Of a stretch of 64,000 nucleotides of DNA, positions 62,821-64,000 are shown in pieces. This stretch comes from Laetmonice hystrix. Its lineage: Eukaryota. Numbering within the stretch: the stretch's first letter is position 1; every line of letters starts with the position of its first letter. The notes under the pieces were generated by a model. That model was given only the letters and a program-made list of their open reading frames with translations. It was not told the origin of the DNA and made no database searches. The stretch is taken from contig OZ249437.1 of NCBI GenBank assembly GCA_965235115.1, positions 32,612,001-32,676,000 of the forward strand, read 5' to 3'. A program made the translations under genes and the position numbers.

Positions 62821-64000
62821 TATAACCTAGGACGTTTAAAAACGGTTGTAGGATGTGAACGTCGAATAGTTTGTACATAGACTTCGTGTTGCGGTGAACC
62901 GTGTTTGTTTTCAGTGTAAGGTAATATTATATTATTGTGTCTGGCATTGAACATCAGGGTCGGAGATATATTGTGACATTGCATGTAGAGAGTTAGATTA
63001 TGTCTGTATAGTTGCCAGCTGATGCTCGCGCTGGTAGAGGTTGGCATGTCGAGGCAGAGGATTAAGGCTGGATCCCACATATTCGGCTGGTGTCGCCTGA
63101 CTCTCCCGACCGACCGATGGTCAACTGATCCTCATTAACCGATCACCCCTGGGCGTCATCTCACCAGGTGTGTTTCCTATACATGGATCACAAAATACTG
63201 AGTGTCCTCCAAAAGATGTCCACGCCAAACCAGGCAACCTAAGAATCTATGTGGGGAATCTTCTTACATGAAAAACAGTCTTTATTTCATGAAAATCAGT
63301 CAAGACATTTTTAGTGCGGCAAAGTCACACCCTAGTTCATTAGCCAGATCTCATTATCTGACAGCTAGAACTGGCCACTGTGAAAAGAGACACATAAATT
63401 ACTTGTACATGGATAGGCAGTTCTATATGAAGTTTCAGTTGGCACTATTTTCATTTAGCTCAGGTGAAAGGTCATTCCAGGTCACGTATTGCTTTCAATG
63501 ACCTGTATTCTTGACCAAAACAGTTGAATATACATGTAATGACATAATTATTATTATGGTGCCAATTTTCAGGCGGAAATAATTTCAGTTCTATTTGCCA
63601 CTGTCAAGTGTAGGCTCTGTGCCCTGTGTTCTTTCACCGGTCCACTGACCATGCTAACCATGCTTCCTGTTGTTATTACCTAATCCTGACAGTGGAATAT
63701 TGGACTTGGATTATTGGATAAGTGGGATTATCCAGTATAATCTATGTAGGTCATTTGTGACTCGTGTATCAGTGATGTTCTCACATTAATCCTTATCCAG
63801 TTTAGGGCTGTGACCCGGACGGGGTTAATTAAAGGTTGGTAGCAGATGTAGGGCTACGTTCTCAATAAAACACGACGACATACGATCTGTACCTCGGGGG
63901 AAAGACGTCATATGACAAAATGTCACATGTCACGTCTCATGCCTGATTAAATTAACCCTGGTTATTAAAATATGGGTGACACCGCTAGCCCGTTGACATG

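Overview
This is AT-rich animal genomic DNA, probably from a marine invertebrate, judged only from the repeat families present. It is dominated by transposable elements and tandem repeats, and I could not identify any host protein-coding gene with confidence. Two long, near-intact retroelements stand out. (1) A complete DIRS-type tyrosine-recombinase retrotransposon (17831-23170, +) with gag, RT-RNaseH-methyltransferase, YR, inverted terminal repeats and an internal complementary region. It is nested inside a non-autonomous TIR DNA transposon (16359-23641). (2) An apparently full-length L1/Tx1-clade LINE (about 25113-31850, -) with an intact APE-RT ORF2. Its ORF1 (coiled coil-RRM-CTD) is fused in frame to a C-terminal NADAR/YbiA-family domain with intact motifs. 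This ORF1p-NADAR fusion, which puts a putative ADP-ribose eraser on the RNA-packaging protein of a LINE, is the most notable observation. The remainder comprises non-autonomous Kolobok-, hAT- and Harbinger-like elements, SINE fragments, a fossil RNase H-bearing LINE, five large minisatellites and several microsatellites. All assignments come from reading motifs by eye; no database search was run.
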